A DNA stretch of 58,428 bases from an uncultured virus (IMG/VR IMGVR_UViG_3300048065_001102) (IMGVR_UViG_3300048065_001102), one strand, 5' to 3'. Shown: positions 1 to 10,700, numbered from the stretch's first letter. The notes: a model not told the origin generated them from the letters alone. Program-made: numbers and translations.

Positions 1-512
1 GTTAAATTGGTTAGTTCTGCTTCTATAAAATCATCAAAGCATTGCTCTGTTGTTACACTCGTATCAATTTCTTCAGGACTTTTTCTCGGTGGACGTACTA
101 ACCATGTGTTGTTATTATCTCGCACCTCCCATGAAATTGCAGGACACACAGGTGTTGGTGTAGGAGTAGGTGTAGCACCAATACAATCATCAGTAACTCC
201 AAAATTATTAAGTGATTGAAGTGATGAAGCAAGTGAATTAGGTAAAACAATACCACCACTATTTACAGCATCGTCAGTTAGAGTAACTAAATACATTCTT
301 CCACATTCAAATTTTGTAATTTGTGTTTTGTTTTCAGATGGATTGTAATTTAAAAAGTCACCAGTAATCTGATTTCCTTCTGAAAAAGTGCTAATTGAAT
401 GTATAGATGACAACACAGATGAACCTAATTCATCAAAACTTATTTCTGTACAAGTAGACTCTTGACACGTTCCATACCAGACATATTGAAATTTTTTGTT
501 GATAATACCCAT
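1..512 (-). CDS. Partial modular protein (runs off window start) with N-terminal 'WYG/LECG' domain and PT linker
   Basis: Not in the ORF track. Manual translation from ATG at 512 gives MGIINKKFQYVWYGTCQESTC...KFECGRMYLVTL...[15 protein letters not shown]..., open to the window edge. TATTTAT motif lies 5 nt upstream. Confidence 0.85.
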   Translation of the reverse strand, partial: MGIINKKFQYVWYGTCQESTCTEISFDELGSSVLSSIHSISTFSEGNQITGDFLNYNPSENKTQITKFECGRMYLVTLTDDAVNSGGIVLPNSLASSLQSLNNFGVTDDCIGATPTPTPTPVCPAISWEVRDNNNTWLVRPPRKSPEEIDTSVTTEQCFDDFIEAELTNL

Positions 513-555
513 TAGAAATAAATATTGACGAATATTTTTTTATAACTTAAACAAA

Positions 556-861
556 TCAAGAAAATGAAATTAATTGTTTAGTAACTCTATTTAGTTCTTC
601 ATTTCGTAGAAATTTGACAATAATATTAGCATTTTTTGATGCCATTGTAATTCCTGTTTCTTGATTTTTTTCCACAAAATCATCTACAAAATCAAATGCT
701 CCACGATTTTTTAACCAATACCAATATAAATCTTTTACATCTCGTTCACATTGAATTAAAATTTCATAATTCAAAAAAATACTAGAATATAAGGTAATAT
801 CACGAAATGCCGAAGTTTCAGAAGGTGGTTCTGTTAATTCAGCATCTATAATTAGTCTCAC
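556..861 (-). CDS. Hypothetical protein
   Basis: 101-aa ORF with ATGA overlap to the upstream gene; no recognisable motif. Confidence 0.7.
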   Translation of the reverse strand: MRLIIDAELTEPPSETSAFRDITLYSSIFLNYEILIQCERDVKDLYWYWLKNRGAFDFVDDFVEKNQETGITMASKNANIIVKFLRNEELNRVTKQLISFS

Positions 862-1241
862 AAATCGTCTCCCACATCATCCTCTTCGTTGAACTCAAGT
901 CCCATTTTATTAATTACATTCGTCAGAATATATGCCCAGTCATTAGGTTCGGTTGTTTTTTTCATTATAAACTCTATCAAAGCATATACGACTTTATCTA
1001 ATTCTGGGTTATTTTTTTGTACAGAGTTTCCTCCCTTAAAAACAAAGCCAGGTATTTCATTTGATTTCTTTTTAAGTAAAGCAGATACTTCTGAAATTTT
1101 TGTAATATCATCAGGTGAATTTGCTACCTTTGAATATACATCCATAAAATCCTCAAGAGAAGTAACACTTATTATTTCGAACTCAGGTAATATACCGTAT
1201 CTCTGAAGTAAATGTTCTTTTTCATTGTTCGGTTCTTTCAT
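858..1241 (-). CDS. Hypothetical protein
   Basis: ORF track gives 858..1325. Start reassigned to ATG 1241 (MKEPNNEKE) because it removes the overlap with the HNH gene and has TACTTAT 4 nt upstream. Confidence 0.7.
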   Translation of the reverse strand: MKEPNNEKEHLLQRYGILPEFEIISVTSLEDFMDVYSKVANSPDDITKISEVSALLKKKSNEIPGFVFKGGNSVQKNNPELDKVVYALIEFIMKKTTEPNDWAYILTNVINKMGLEFNEEDDVGDDL

Positions 1242-1263
1242 GTCTATAAGTATTATGTATAAA

Positions 1264-1740
1264 TCATTCTTTTGTGATACCAAACAAATTTCCGTGGGTA
1301 TTATGGTAGCAATTATAGCAAACAATTTCTAAGTTTTCTAATAAATGATTACTTCTATCACCATCTTTAAAAGCAAGAACCAGTGGAATTTTGCCATCAG
1401 TAATTCTTGGTTCTGAAAATCCACATACTTCACATTGTTCTTGCTTTAATTTACTTTTTAGTAACTTGATTCGCAATCTGCTCGGTGAATACCCTGGATG
1501 CATTCCCATTAATATTTCTTCAAGTGGATACTTTCCTTTATATGGATTGTGAACCTTTGAAATACCACTTGCATCAACACATTTACACCTTTCCATTATG
1601 TCGTACATCTTTGCATACTTTTTGTATGTATTATAACTTACATTCAGTTTTCTAGCTGCCTCTGCAGCTGAATGACTATTATCTTGTGCAGATTTTATCT
1701 CACTTTCGAGCAAAGGTCTATTTTTTCCTGTATGGGACAT
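1264..1740 (-). CDS. HTH plus degenerate HNH-like zinc-binding protein
   Basis: HTH-like SAAEAARKLNVSYNTYKKYAK; CEVCG...LVLAFKDGDRSNHLLENLEIVCYNCY follows the HNH pattern with the His positions substituted. Confidence 0.75.
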   Translation of the reverse strand: MSHTGKNRPLLESEIKSAQDNSHSAAEAARKLNVSYNTYKKYAKMYDIMERCKCVDASGISKVHNPYKGKYPLEEILMGMHPGYSPSRLRIKLLKSKLKQEQCEVCGFSEPRITDGKIPLVLAFKDGDRSNHLLENLEIVCYNCYHNTHGNLFGITKE

Positions 1741-1765
1741 AGTTTATAGATATATATTCTAAATG

Positions 1766-2635
1766 TTACTTTTTATTGTAACTCAAATTTTTAAGTTTAC
1801 TTCCTACATTTCTTTTTTGAAATTTAGAAATATCCATATCTAAATTATTACCAAGGAAATCACAAATAAAATACATAACCTCTCTTAGCATTTCAACATC
1901 CCCATTTGCTGTGTGCCAATTTGTTGAATTTATTCCAAGGGAATTTGCGATATTACCAAGTTTTGAACTCAGTGAAATTCTACTTGCATTTTTATATAGC
2001 AATTTTTCATAAATTTTTCTTTCTATTTCATAGTCTTTTCGCACCATTAACAACGGAATAAAAAAATATCTTGAGATTTTTAAAGTGTCTATAACATCAC
2101 ATCCATCCAAGTCGTATCCAAAACGAAACAATCTAGTTGCAAGAAACTTAACATCATACCCTGAGTTATGTGCTACTAAAATCGGATTATTAAATCTGTG
2201 AATAAAATTTAAAAATTCACATATCGCAGTCTGTTCGTCAACTAAGTCACCTAAATTATTATTATAGTCTGTCATTTTAAGTATTTTTTCAGGTGTAATA
2301 CTTTCATTATTTTTTGAATTTCTTTTTATCCACACATCACGTAAAACATTATTAGAGTCGAGTATCATCTCACTTGCAGACGATAATTTAATTTTTCTAT
2401 AAAAAGTTGAAATCGTTTCTTTTGTATCAAACCCATGTGAAACACTTGCAGCTATTTCAATTATTTGATCAGTTTCCGAATTGGGATGCATACCTAGTGT
2501 TTCTAAATCAAAAAATATATAATATCTACTATGATCTGAAATTATATCGTGTATTTCTTTTAATGAAGTTTTGACTGATTTTTTTTCTGCTGGAATTAAC
2601 TCTTTATATTTATTTTTAGATAAATTTAATTTCAC
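1766..2635 (-). CDS. DEDDh 3'-5' exonuclease (DnaQ/Pol III epsilon-like)
   Basis: ExoI FFDLETLG, ExoII VAHNSGYDVKFL, ExoIII WHTANGDVEML. Confidence 0.9.
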   Translation of the reverse strand: MKLNLSKNKYKELIPAEKKSVKTSLKEIHDIISDHSRYYIFFDLETLGMHPNSETDQIIEIAASVSHGFDTKETISTFYRKIKLSSASEMILDSNNVLRDVWIKRNSKNNESITPEKILKMTDYNNNLGDLVDEQTAICEFLNFIHRFNNPILVAHNSGYDVKFLATRLFRFGYDLDGCDVIDTLKISRYFFIPLLMVRKDYEIERKIYEKLLYKNASRISLSSKLGNIANSLGINSTNWHTANGDVEMLREVMYFICDFLGNNLDMDISKFQKRNVGSKLKNLSYNKK

Positions 2636-2674
2636 ATATATAAATAGTAAAAAAAAATATTTATATATATTAAC

Positions 2675-3190
2675 ATGAACACAGGTAGCAATTCATATAA
2701 CGATGCGTGGATAAAAAAGAAATTTAATTCCATTGATGCTGAAATTCAACAACTACAAGAGTTAAAGAAACTTAAAAGTATCAATACCTACATGAATGGT
2801 CATAGTGGTTTTAGTTATGATCCACAACTTCCGTATCATCTAAACAGGCGCAACGAAAGATTTCAATATTCTATTTTTGATTTAATAGTAACTAACCCTT
2901 CAGCAGAAAGTACATTAAACACAATGGGTGATGCTGGATGGTATATTGCTGGCATGGGAATTGTGGATCAAGATAGTGGAAGTGCTTCATTTACATTTAA
3001 ACTAAATTTAAAAGGCAATGATGTAAATCCAACAAAATTTCAATATCAATGTTTTTCTTACGAACTTGCATCAACATTTGCATTAGAAGAGAAAATTAAT
3101 GCAGCCAACAAACAAGGATTTGATTTTACAAGTACATCTGCGTGGAACAAAACTCATAGTTTTTGCTTATTGACCAAAGTTTATTACTGA
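2675..3190 (+). CDS. Hypothetical protein with two DUF4177-like repeats
   Basis: Internal repeat FQYSIF...LNTMGDAGW / FQYQCF...INAANKQGF; TATTTAT upstream at 2658-2664. Confidence 0.6.
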   Translation: MNTGSNSYNDAWIKKKFNSIDAEIQQLQELKKLKSINTYMNGHSGFSYDPQLPYHLNRRNERFQYSIFDLIVTNPSAESTLNTMGDAGWYIAGMGIVDQDSGSASFTFKLNLKGNDVNPTKFQYQCFSYELASTFALEEKINAANKQGFDFTSTSAWNKTHSFCLLTKVYY

Positions 3191-4629
3191 GGATGATCTT
3201 TTAAATACTTTTCAAGTTTAGGATATATTTGTCTTGCATTTACTTTTGGATTATCGAGATATTCATCTTTTACAATTGCAAGTAAATCACCAATAATTTT
3301 ACCAGGTTTAAGTTTGTACTTTTTCATTATATCACCCCCATTGATAGGAAGTTTAAGTTTACCTTGTGGTATTCCTAATGTATCAAGACGTTTGCGGATT
3401 GCTTCAATTTGATTGGGCATATCGAATCCGGCTTCATGAGCAATATTATCTGCGTGAATTAAATTTAAAACATCCTCAAGGTGGTCACCCATATTTACTT
3501 TGAATTTGCGTAATGTTTTGTCAGATGCTCCGAAAGAATCAGGTCCTCCGTGTTTTAATTTCATATGACTTGCAACACCCTTTACAACTGCATCTATGAT
3601 TTTGTTCGGATATTTCAATCTTGTCAAAATCTCTTGGGTCATTTCCGCACCAATTTTTTCGTGACCATAAAAATGAATTTCTTTGCCGATAACTTCTTTG
3701 GTTGCTTCTTTGCCAATATCATGGAACAGTGCCATCAAACGAGTAACAAGGTTCTTAGGAGTTCCTTTAACAACTGTAAGAGTATGTTCCATTGCATCTT
3801 CTTTATGATACTTATTTTGTTCAAGTTTTATCAACCGATCCAGTTCAGGAAAAACATATTTGCTGAGGCCTGTAATCTGAAGAAGTTTGATCGCACGATC
3901 AGGAGAATCGGTCATCAGCATTTTGTTGAGTTCTTCTTGAACTCGTTCTACACTTATTTGCTTGAGTTTGCTCGCATTGTTTTTAAGTGCCTTGATCATA
4001 AACAAAGGCAACTTCCAATTGTATTTCATTGTAAAACGAACTGCACGAAGCATACGAAGTGGGTCTTCCGAGAAAATTACATTAGGATCAAGAGGTGTTC
4101 TTACTACACCGTCTTTGATATCTTGCTTTCCCATTCCGGTCAAATCTAGTATTTCACCTGTGCTTAAATTTTTAAGCAAACTATTTGTTGTAAAGTCTCT
4201 ACGATCTACATCATCTTTAAGTGATCCCGAATCAACTTTTGGTTTACGACTTCCTTCTTCGTATTCCTCAGTACGAGGCATAACACAATCAATATCCATG
4301 TCATCTAATTTAAATCCTTTGTGTTCTACGCCAGCTAAATTAAACTTCGCAGTTCCATACGTTTCATAAGTAACAGGATTTGATCCTTTTTTATAGTTAC
4401 CTATTTTCTTGGTTGCCCATTCTGCGAACTTTGCCCCTCCATCCTCAAGATTAATAACAAAATCTAAATCATTTGCATCGATTCCCATAAGTTCATCACG
4501 AACTGCCCCACCTGCAAGAAATACTTTTCCTTCGTATGGACTTTTTCTGATAAGTTGTTTGAGGAAGTCGAGTGTTGCTTGTTCTTTCGCACCCTCCATC
4601 AATAAATCTTTTAATTTAATAGTTCCCAT
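3184..4629 (-). CDS. cca: CCA tRNA nucleotidyltransferase (class II) with HD domain
   Basis: LAGGAVRDELMG..DLD, RRDFTTN, EDPLRMLRAVRF, SVERVQEEL, and HD domain LFHDIGK. Start set at ATG 4629 (MGTIKLKDLL). Poly(A) polymerase activity cannot be excluded from sequence alone. Confidence 0.88.
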   Translation of the reverse strand: MGTIKLKDLLMEGAKEQATLDFLKQLIRKSPYEGKVFLAGGAVRDELMGIDANDLDFVINLEDGGAKFAEWATKKIGNYKKGSNPVTYETYGTAKFNLAGVEHKGFKLDDMDIDCVMPRTEEYEEGSRKPKVDSGSLKDDVDRRDFTTNSLLKNLSTGEILDLTGMGKQDIKDGVVRTPLDPNVIFSEDPLRMLRAVRFTMKYNWKLPLFMIKALKNNASKLKQISVERVQEELNKMLMTDSPDRAIKLLQITGLSKYVFPELDRLIKLEQNKYHKEDAMEHTLTVVKGTPKNLVTRLMALFHDIGKEATKEVIGKEIHFYGHEKIGAEMTQEILTRLKYPNKIIDAVVKGVASHMKLKHGGPDSFGASDKTLRKFKVNMGDHLEDVLNLIHADNIAHEAGFDMPNQIEAIRKRLDTLGIPQGKLKLPINGGDIMKKYKLKPGKIIGDLLAIVKDEYLDNPKVNARQIYPKLEKYLKDHPQ

Positions 4630-4633
4630 TTTG

Positions 4634-5158
4634 TTATCCCACAAATTCTAATCTTACCTTATTTGTATTCCAAACGCAACCACTACTTACATCCCAAGAT
4701 TTCAACCACTTTGCTTCAGGCATATCTTTCTTGGGAAATGGAAATACTTCTATTCCATCATAGTCTTTTGCAACTAAATTCCAATCAATAAAAAATGTTG
4801 CAAACAAAGTTTCGTCAGTTCCATCAAAGTCTGTGTATTCTTTTGTAAATTCTATGATGTCTTTTTCAGACTTTAACTCACACATTTTACAACCCTTTAC
4901 GTTTACTTTGTAATACCAATTGTATTGTGAGTCGTATCCACCTCCTACACTTTTAACATAATTCGTCCATTCGTTACCAAAAGCATACCAAAGTCCGTTT
5001 GGTTTTTTATGAAGCATTTGCTTGTTTGCTTTGTATTTACGAAGAATTGTTTTTTCCTGTACATTTTCCATTTCTGCATGAACTCGTTCGGTTCTTGCAA
5101 ACGATGGTTTGTCAAATAATCCTTCGGGTAACAAATGTTGTAGTTTTATGTCGGACAT
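4634..5158 (-). CDS. Hypothetical protein (KPNGLWY...IDW..VAKDYDGI...WDVSSGCVWN type), possibly ADP-ribosyltransferase-like fold
   Basis: 174-aa ORF, TATTTAT 5 nt upstream, N-terminal IKLQHLLPE motif. The fold assignment is tentative. Confidence 0.6.
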   Translation of the reverse strand: MSDIKLQHLLPEGLFDKPSFARTERVHAEMENVQEKTILRKYKANKQMLHKKPNGLWYAFGNEWTNYVKSVGGGYDSQYNWYYKVNVKGCKMCELKSEKDIIEFTKEYTDFDGTDETLFATFFIDWNLVAKDYDGIEVFPFPKKDMPEAKWLKSWDVSSGCVWNTNKVRLEFVG

Positions 5159-5185
5159 AAAACATAAATATATATTAATAAGACT

Positions 5186-6412
5186 TTATGACAATAACTT
5201 TAATACAGAAATCAATTCTTTGATTTCTCTTTTTGTATTGTAGTGTAACATTCCGACTCGCAATAATCCGTCTTTTTCTAAATCGTAACTTCGTACAACA
5301 TCGAGTGCGTAAAAATGACCACTCCAAGCAAATATTCCGTGCTTCGCAAGATACTTTGCTACTTGATTTGAGTTCTTTCCTTTAATAGTTAATGCGAAAG
5401 TAGGAGTTCGTTTGTTTACATCATCTGTATTTTTAATTCCGTGAACTTTTATGTGTTTTAATTCCCAAATCTTATTTAAAAAATAACGACTTAATTCATT
5501 TTCATATTCTTTAATATTTTGATACGCAAGTTCCAAGTTTTTTCGTGTAGGACTTGATTTCTCTGAAAGTGAAATTATATACTTGATAGTTGAAGGTATG
5601 GCTGCAATTGCAGAAAAGTCCGGTGTACCTGTTTCCCAACGATTAGGAACATTATCAGAAGCAGGTTCTACTTTATATGGATCAAAATTTTCAAGATGCG
5701 TTTTCTTTGCAAATACTGCACTTATATGTGGTCCGAAATACTTATATACACTTGTCACCAAAAAGTCGCAATTAAGGTCTTGTACGTCAATTAAACCGTG
5801 TGGTGCATAATGAACTGCGTCAACAAATACCATTGCACCTTTCGCATGAGCAATTTTAGTGATTTCTTTAATAGGATTTATTGTTCCAATTGCATTACAC
5901 GCATAATTTACTGCCACAATTTTTGTTTTGTTGGTAATTGCTTTTTCAAAATCTGCTAAATTGTATTCACCGGTATTTAAATCAAAACCCACAGATGTTA
6001 TTTTGCAATTTTTGTCTTTTGCTACTTCTACCCAAGGTGATACATTTGCAAAGTGATCAAGTTTAGTTACTACAACCTCATCATCAGATGTCCAATTTCT
6101 GCTAATTGCACGACTAAACTGAAATATACTTGTTGTCGCATTTGCACCTAAGACGATTTCTTCTGATTCACAATTCATAAATAAAGCAAGTGCTATTCTT
6201 GCTCGTTCTACTGCTTCTGTGGTATTAACACTCGTTTCAAAGTATCCACCTGCGTTTGCTTTGTCGTTTAATACATGATCGGTATATGAACGATAAACAC
6301 GATTTGGCATTTGCGATGCACCCGGACCATCAAAATATATTGCAGGTTTTCCGTTTGATGCTTTTCGTTTCAACGCAGGAAACGAACTTCTTATTTTACC
6401 TACATCTTTCAT
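5186..6412 (-). CDS. Cysteine desulfurase-like PLP enzyme (aminotransferase class V)
   Basis: YFDGPGASQMP, DHFANVSPW, VFVDAVHYAPH, SVYKYFGPH (PLP Lys), ETGT, RVGMLHYNT. Confidence 0.9.
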   Translation of the reverse strand: MKDVGKIRSSFPALKRKASNGKPAIYFDGPGASQMPNRVYRSYTDHVLNDKANAGGYFETSVNTTEAVERARIALALFMNCESEEIVLGANATTSIFQFSRAISRNWTSDDEVVVTKLDHFANVSPWVEVAKDKNCKITSVGFDLNTGEYNLADFEKAITNKTKIVAVNYACNAIGTINPIKEITKIAHAKGAMVFVDAVHYAPHGLIDVQDLNCDFLVTSVYKYFGPHISAVFAKKTHLENFDPYKVEPASDNVPNRWETGTPDFSAIAAIPSTIKYIISLSEKSSPTRKNLELAYQNIKEYENELSRYFLNKIWELKHIKVHGIKNTDDVNKRTPTFALTIKGKNSNQVAKYLAKHGIFAWSGHFYALDVVRSYDLEKDGLLRVGMLHYNTKREIKELISVLKLLS

Positions 6413-7041
6413 GCAGTAAACACAAATACATCACGATACCCACAATCTGTACCGGTTGGATTTAACTTTGTTGCATTGTGAAATACTTCACGATCATTTA
6501 CCACAAGCATTTCGTTTTCTTCGAGCATTTTTTCAAGTATTGGTTCTTGATCTTCTTTATTTAAAAACAATTCACTTACACCACCACTTACTTGCACTCG
6601 TCTTGCACAAAAAATTCCTATATAATCAAATCCATCTTTGTGCCTTCCTTCTGGTGCAGGTTCACCTTTTATGTATACTGAACTTAATACTCGCATTTGG
6701 TGAATTCCAACTTCCGTTAAATACATATTGATACCAGTCAATTCTGTAAATGCATCAATCATCTTCTTGAATTCATTTGAATATATAAGTTCCAATTCTA
6801 ATTCATCATATTCTCGTTCCACATCTCCCAATAAATCATTTACATTTGAACTTTGTATAAATTTTTTATGAGGCATAACCTCAAAGTTTCCAAAGTGATC
6901 TTTTTTAATACCAGAAAACCTTCTTTTTCTAAAATCACCCTTTACATACGGATCAAATGGCATATTTTCAAAGTATTTTTCAAATGCCCCAACTTCAATC
7001 GAGGTAAAGTTGCGTAATTTATATTGCCAACCATTTTTCAT
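6409..7041 (-). CDS. 2OG-Fe(II) dioxygenase (2OG-Fe_Oxy_2-type)
   Basis: PAPEGRHKDG (HxD), VFHNAT, YRDVFVFT. SD-like GGGGGTGA precedes ATG 7041; ATGA overlap with the downstream gene. Confidence 0.85.
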   Translation of the reverse strand: MKNGWQYKLRNFTSIEVGAFEKYFENMPFDPYVKGDFRKRRFSGIKKDHFGNFEVMPHKKFIQSSNVNDLLGDVEREYDELELELIYSNEFKKMIDAFTELTGINMYLTEVGIHQMRVLSSVYIKGEPAPEGRHKDGFDYIGIFCARRVQVSGGVSELFLNKEDQEPILEKMLEENEMLVVNDREVFHNATKLNPTGTDCGYRDVFVFTA

Positions 7042-7102
7042 AATCACCCCCTTTTTTTATTTAATATCATCTACAACTATAAATAGTTGTTATAAAGAGT
7101 TT

Positions 7103-7720
7103 TTATAATTTTCTGTAATTACCAAATTCAAAGTCTTCTTCAAATAAATAATTTACAATTTCAATAGAATGTTCGTCATATTCTTCATCCCACTTTTGAT
7201 TAAATTGAACATCAACACACATATAATTTATGGTGTTTGCATCATTTTCACGCAAAAAATTATTTATATCTGTAAAATCACCACCACTTAACTTTTCATA
7301 CTGAAATTTATGATTCACTTCAAAATTCACGTTATGTCCAAAATAATTTCCGTAGGATTTACAATAATCAATTTGCGAAAGAATCTCAGTTTTGTTTTCT
7401 ATTTTTCTGTTTAATATACTTTCGTAAAATTTTCCTATTGTTAATTTCTTAAACCATTTTTCATCAACTAGATTTCGCTCATGAACAAACATTTCATATG
7501 CTCTTAAATAAGGACTTTTAGTTATAGTAAACAATTCATAATCATAAAATTGGGATACGATTTTACCAAGTTCTTTTTTTTCTATTATATCTCTGTTCTT
7601 ACGAGTATCATTACTCGCAATTACCGTTTCGTAATTACGTTTTACATATTCCGTCTCAAAATCATATGTTCCATTGAAAGGAACATTTACAAGTATGATA
7701 CCATGTTCGTGGGAAATCAT
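7103..7720 (-). CDS. Sulfotransferase family 2-like protein (degenerate PAPS motifs)
   Basis: MISHEHGIILVNVPFNGT, TITKSPYLRAYEMF and YDEHSIEIVNYLFEEDFEFGNY match the family layout (HIPKTGGT / RNPYDR / Y..D...FGY). Confidence 0.65.
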   Translation of the reverse strand: MISHEHGIILVNVPFNGTYDFETEYVKRNYETVIASNDTRKNRDIIEKKELGKIVSQFYDYELFTITKSPYLRAYEMFVHERNLVDEKWFKKLTIGKFYESILNRKIENKTEILSQIDYCKSYGNYFGHNVNFEVNHKFQYEKLSGGDFTDINNFLRENDANTINYMCVDVQFNQKWDEEYDEHSIEIVNYLFEEDFEFGNYRKL

Positions 7721-7753
7721 ACTACTTTACTAACAAACTTTTTTGTTTTCGCA

Positions 7754-10700
7754 TTATAAATCGTAAAGTCTAAAAATATCGGTATTTTGTTCTGTTTGAC
7801 GTGGTTGAATACGAAATGCAGGTGGTATCCAGAAGGTTTTACTTCTAACAGGACCAACTTTATTATGATCAGCATCAACTGGCCATACTACAATTTTATG
7901 AAATGATGCAGGTTTTACTCCTATAAGTAATTCTTTCTCTCCACCCATGACCATTTCCATTTTACGACCATCAACACGATAATGCCAATGATCAGGATTC
8001 TCAATAAAATCTACAGTCACTTTGACATTTTTACTTGGCCATTCGTCTGATATTTTTTCAATACTTTTAATTTCTATACCCGCACCTGTATCTATTACTT
8101 CTTCACATGGTTTAGTGACGGCACGTACAATATAATCTCTTCCGTTCGTAATTTCAAGATTAGCATCAATTCCAACATCATTTACAATGATTCTCATGCT
8201 TCCGTTGAATTCATTGTCCCAGCAAAATTTTAATTTACGTTTTTTATCGTCAATGTCGTGTATCACAATCAAATACTTGCCTATAAATTCATAATTATTT
8301 TTTGTAAATTCATCGTCACTATCAAGCAAATATGTTCTTGCCAATCCTCTGTCGTATTTAAATTCAACAACATCTTTAGAAAAAGCATTTTCTTGCTTTA
8401 TTAATTTTAGTTTAAAGTTATTGTCTTTTGCATAACCTTCAGAATGAATGACTCCAGTTGATGTATCATAATTAAAATAATTTTCATCTGATAATTTCCA
8501 GGTTCCTGCTATTCCAAGAACCATTGTATTTCCTACAATTTCTGGTTTACGAAATGAGATATCATATTTATCGTTTCGATCATAATAATCAACCATTGGA
8601 GTTGGAATATATGGTTTCCAATTATGACGAGTACCACCCTGTACTTGAATTGTATTTAATAAACTTGCAGTATCAACCTCCGGAGTTGGTTTGTATCCAA
8701 ACATACTTCCACTAATTTTATATTTAAATAAACGATTGTTTTCTTCGACATATAAATATTCCGTGTGAAGAGGTCGTTTACCGAGGTATAATGTAAATTT
8801 ATCATAAACTACTACATAAGGTAAATCATTAGTTACAAAATCCAATCCATGTTTTCCCATTGTATTTCTCTCGATACCAGAATAAATTGAATTCCAATCA
8901 ACAACTGATTCTGTAAATACAGATGGATCAATCCACATTCTTACATTAGATTTCATTTCAATTTTTACCGACTCATTGTTTGTGTTCAATAATTTAGGTT
9001 CAGCACTTCCTTCAATAACTTCATATTTAGAATCAAACGGAGTTTCGGCAGTTTTTTCAAAAATACAAATATCACTTGGTTCGTTGCACTCTAATGGTGG
9101 ATTGTAATCATCGTGTGAGTCACGCCTGAGAGTTGTGAATACGAGTCGTTTTCTTGCTCCTGTTGGTTCAAATGTGTCGTCACCATTTGATTTTAAAGGA
9201 TTTATATAAAGTGTCCAACGTGCCAACATCCATGACCAAAAATAACCACTCCATTTGTTTTGATCCCAGTTTTCTATATCAGATATATCTAAACCATTTT
9301 TTGAAAGAAAATCTATAAAACTTACATCAATAGTAATCGTATTTTCTGTTTTTTGATGTATTGATTCTAATGGAAAACCAACGTTGGGAGATGCAATTAA
9401 ATTTTCATTATCAATTGAATATTTCCAAGCAGTTGCGTCTCCTTTTAATTTTACATCTAGGTCAATTTGAAAATTAAGTTCTGCCGATCTAGTCATACTC
9501 ATGCCTGTGAATATATCATCGGATATAGGACTTACCTTAAAACTATTAATTAAAATATACGAATTTAAATCGTTTGATTTTCTTATTGGTTCATGTTGCA
9601 TTCTCGTATTTCTAAATGATACAGATTTTCCTTTACGCATATTATCTTCTTTTGATAAAACTATTGGTTTTCCGTCAATTTCAATTGTAGCATATCCACG
9701 ACCGGTTCTTGGTGTAATTTTAATGTCCATATCCATGAATTTAAATGACTTTTTATATGGATAATTTTCATCTACAGTAACATTTGGATAATCACTTCCA
9801 TCCAATCCACCTTCTCCATCAAATGGATCTAACTCTGTATCATATAATCCCACTTTATCATTATCAAAATAAATTGTTCTCCATTCAGATTTTGAATCAT
9901 AATCTGCCCAATTACTATGAGGAGGTTTTTTATTATTTTTAATTTGCAAATATGCTTCAACTTCTTCGGTTGGAATATCTGTTGAAAGTATCGTAATATC
10001 ATCTATTACTTCATCTAGGTCTGGATCATACCATCTAAATTCAACTGGTGATATTTCTCCATCAATTATTTCAAAATCCTGAAGATAAACATATGTTCCC
10101 CATTGCTGAATTCCTGTTAAATCATTACGTGAAAATGCAGTTCTTACAAGAATTTCTTTTCCTTCTTGATTAACTAATTCATCTTGGACATTGATCGGAA
10201 CATATCGTTTTGCGTTATCTGTCATTGGAAGTTCAATTCCGTAAAATCCACCTTCTTCTACGACTTTAACAATTTGACCTCTAAATGATTCTGGTACTTT
10301 CACTTCTTCAGGTGCTTGCTCAAACTCAGTTGTAAGTTGCTCAAATGGAATTACTATTGCATCGGGTGTTGGAGTTGGTTTGGGTGTCGGAACGATTATG
10401 TCTTTATTTTTTTCTCGTTGAAAAACTCTTACAGAACCCGCATATGAATAATTAGCATCGGCATTTGCAATTCCACCTGCGTTTGTGGCATCCGCTACAA
10501 TAACACGATTTCCATCTTTGTTTATATCCAACTGCTGACCGTATTCATAACCACCTTCATCAGATTCACGTTCAATATCATTTCCGATTTGAACATAATT
10601 ATCATTTTGATATTCATAAATCTTTACCATCTTTGGTACTGAACTGCCCAATATAACAAATCTATCTCCATGATAGTTTAACTTAGAATAGTCTGTGCTA

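Noticed and set aside
7..219. Plus-strand ORFs with GVGVGV runs (also 16549..16794 and 44210..44485)
   Set aside because: They are antisense shadows of PT linkers in real minus-strand genes.
1264..1740. Mobile homing endonuclease or intron
   Set aside because: The catalytic His residues are missing and neither flanking gene appears interrupted.
3565..4651. Other short ORFs opposite or inside long genes (e.g. 3565..4149, 3962..4369, 20422..20826, 33959..34366, 48339..48725)
   Set aside because: They are fully nested in confidently identified genes and show no motifs or start signals.
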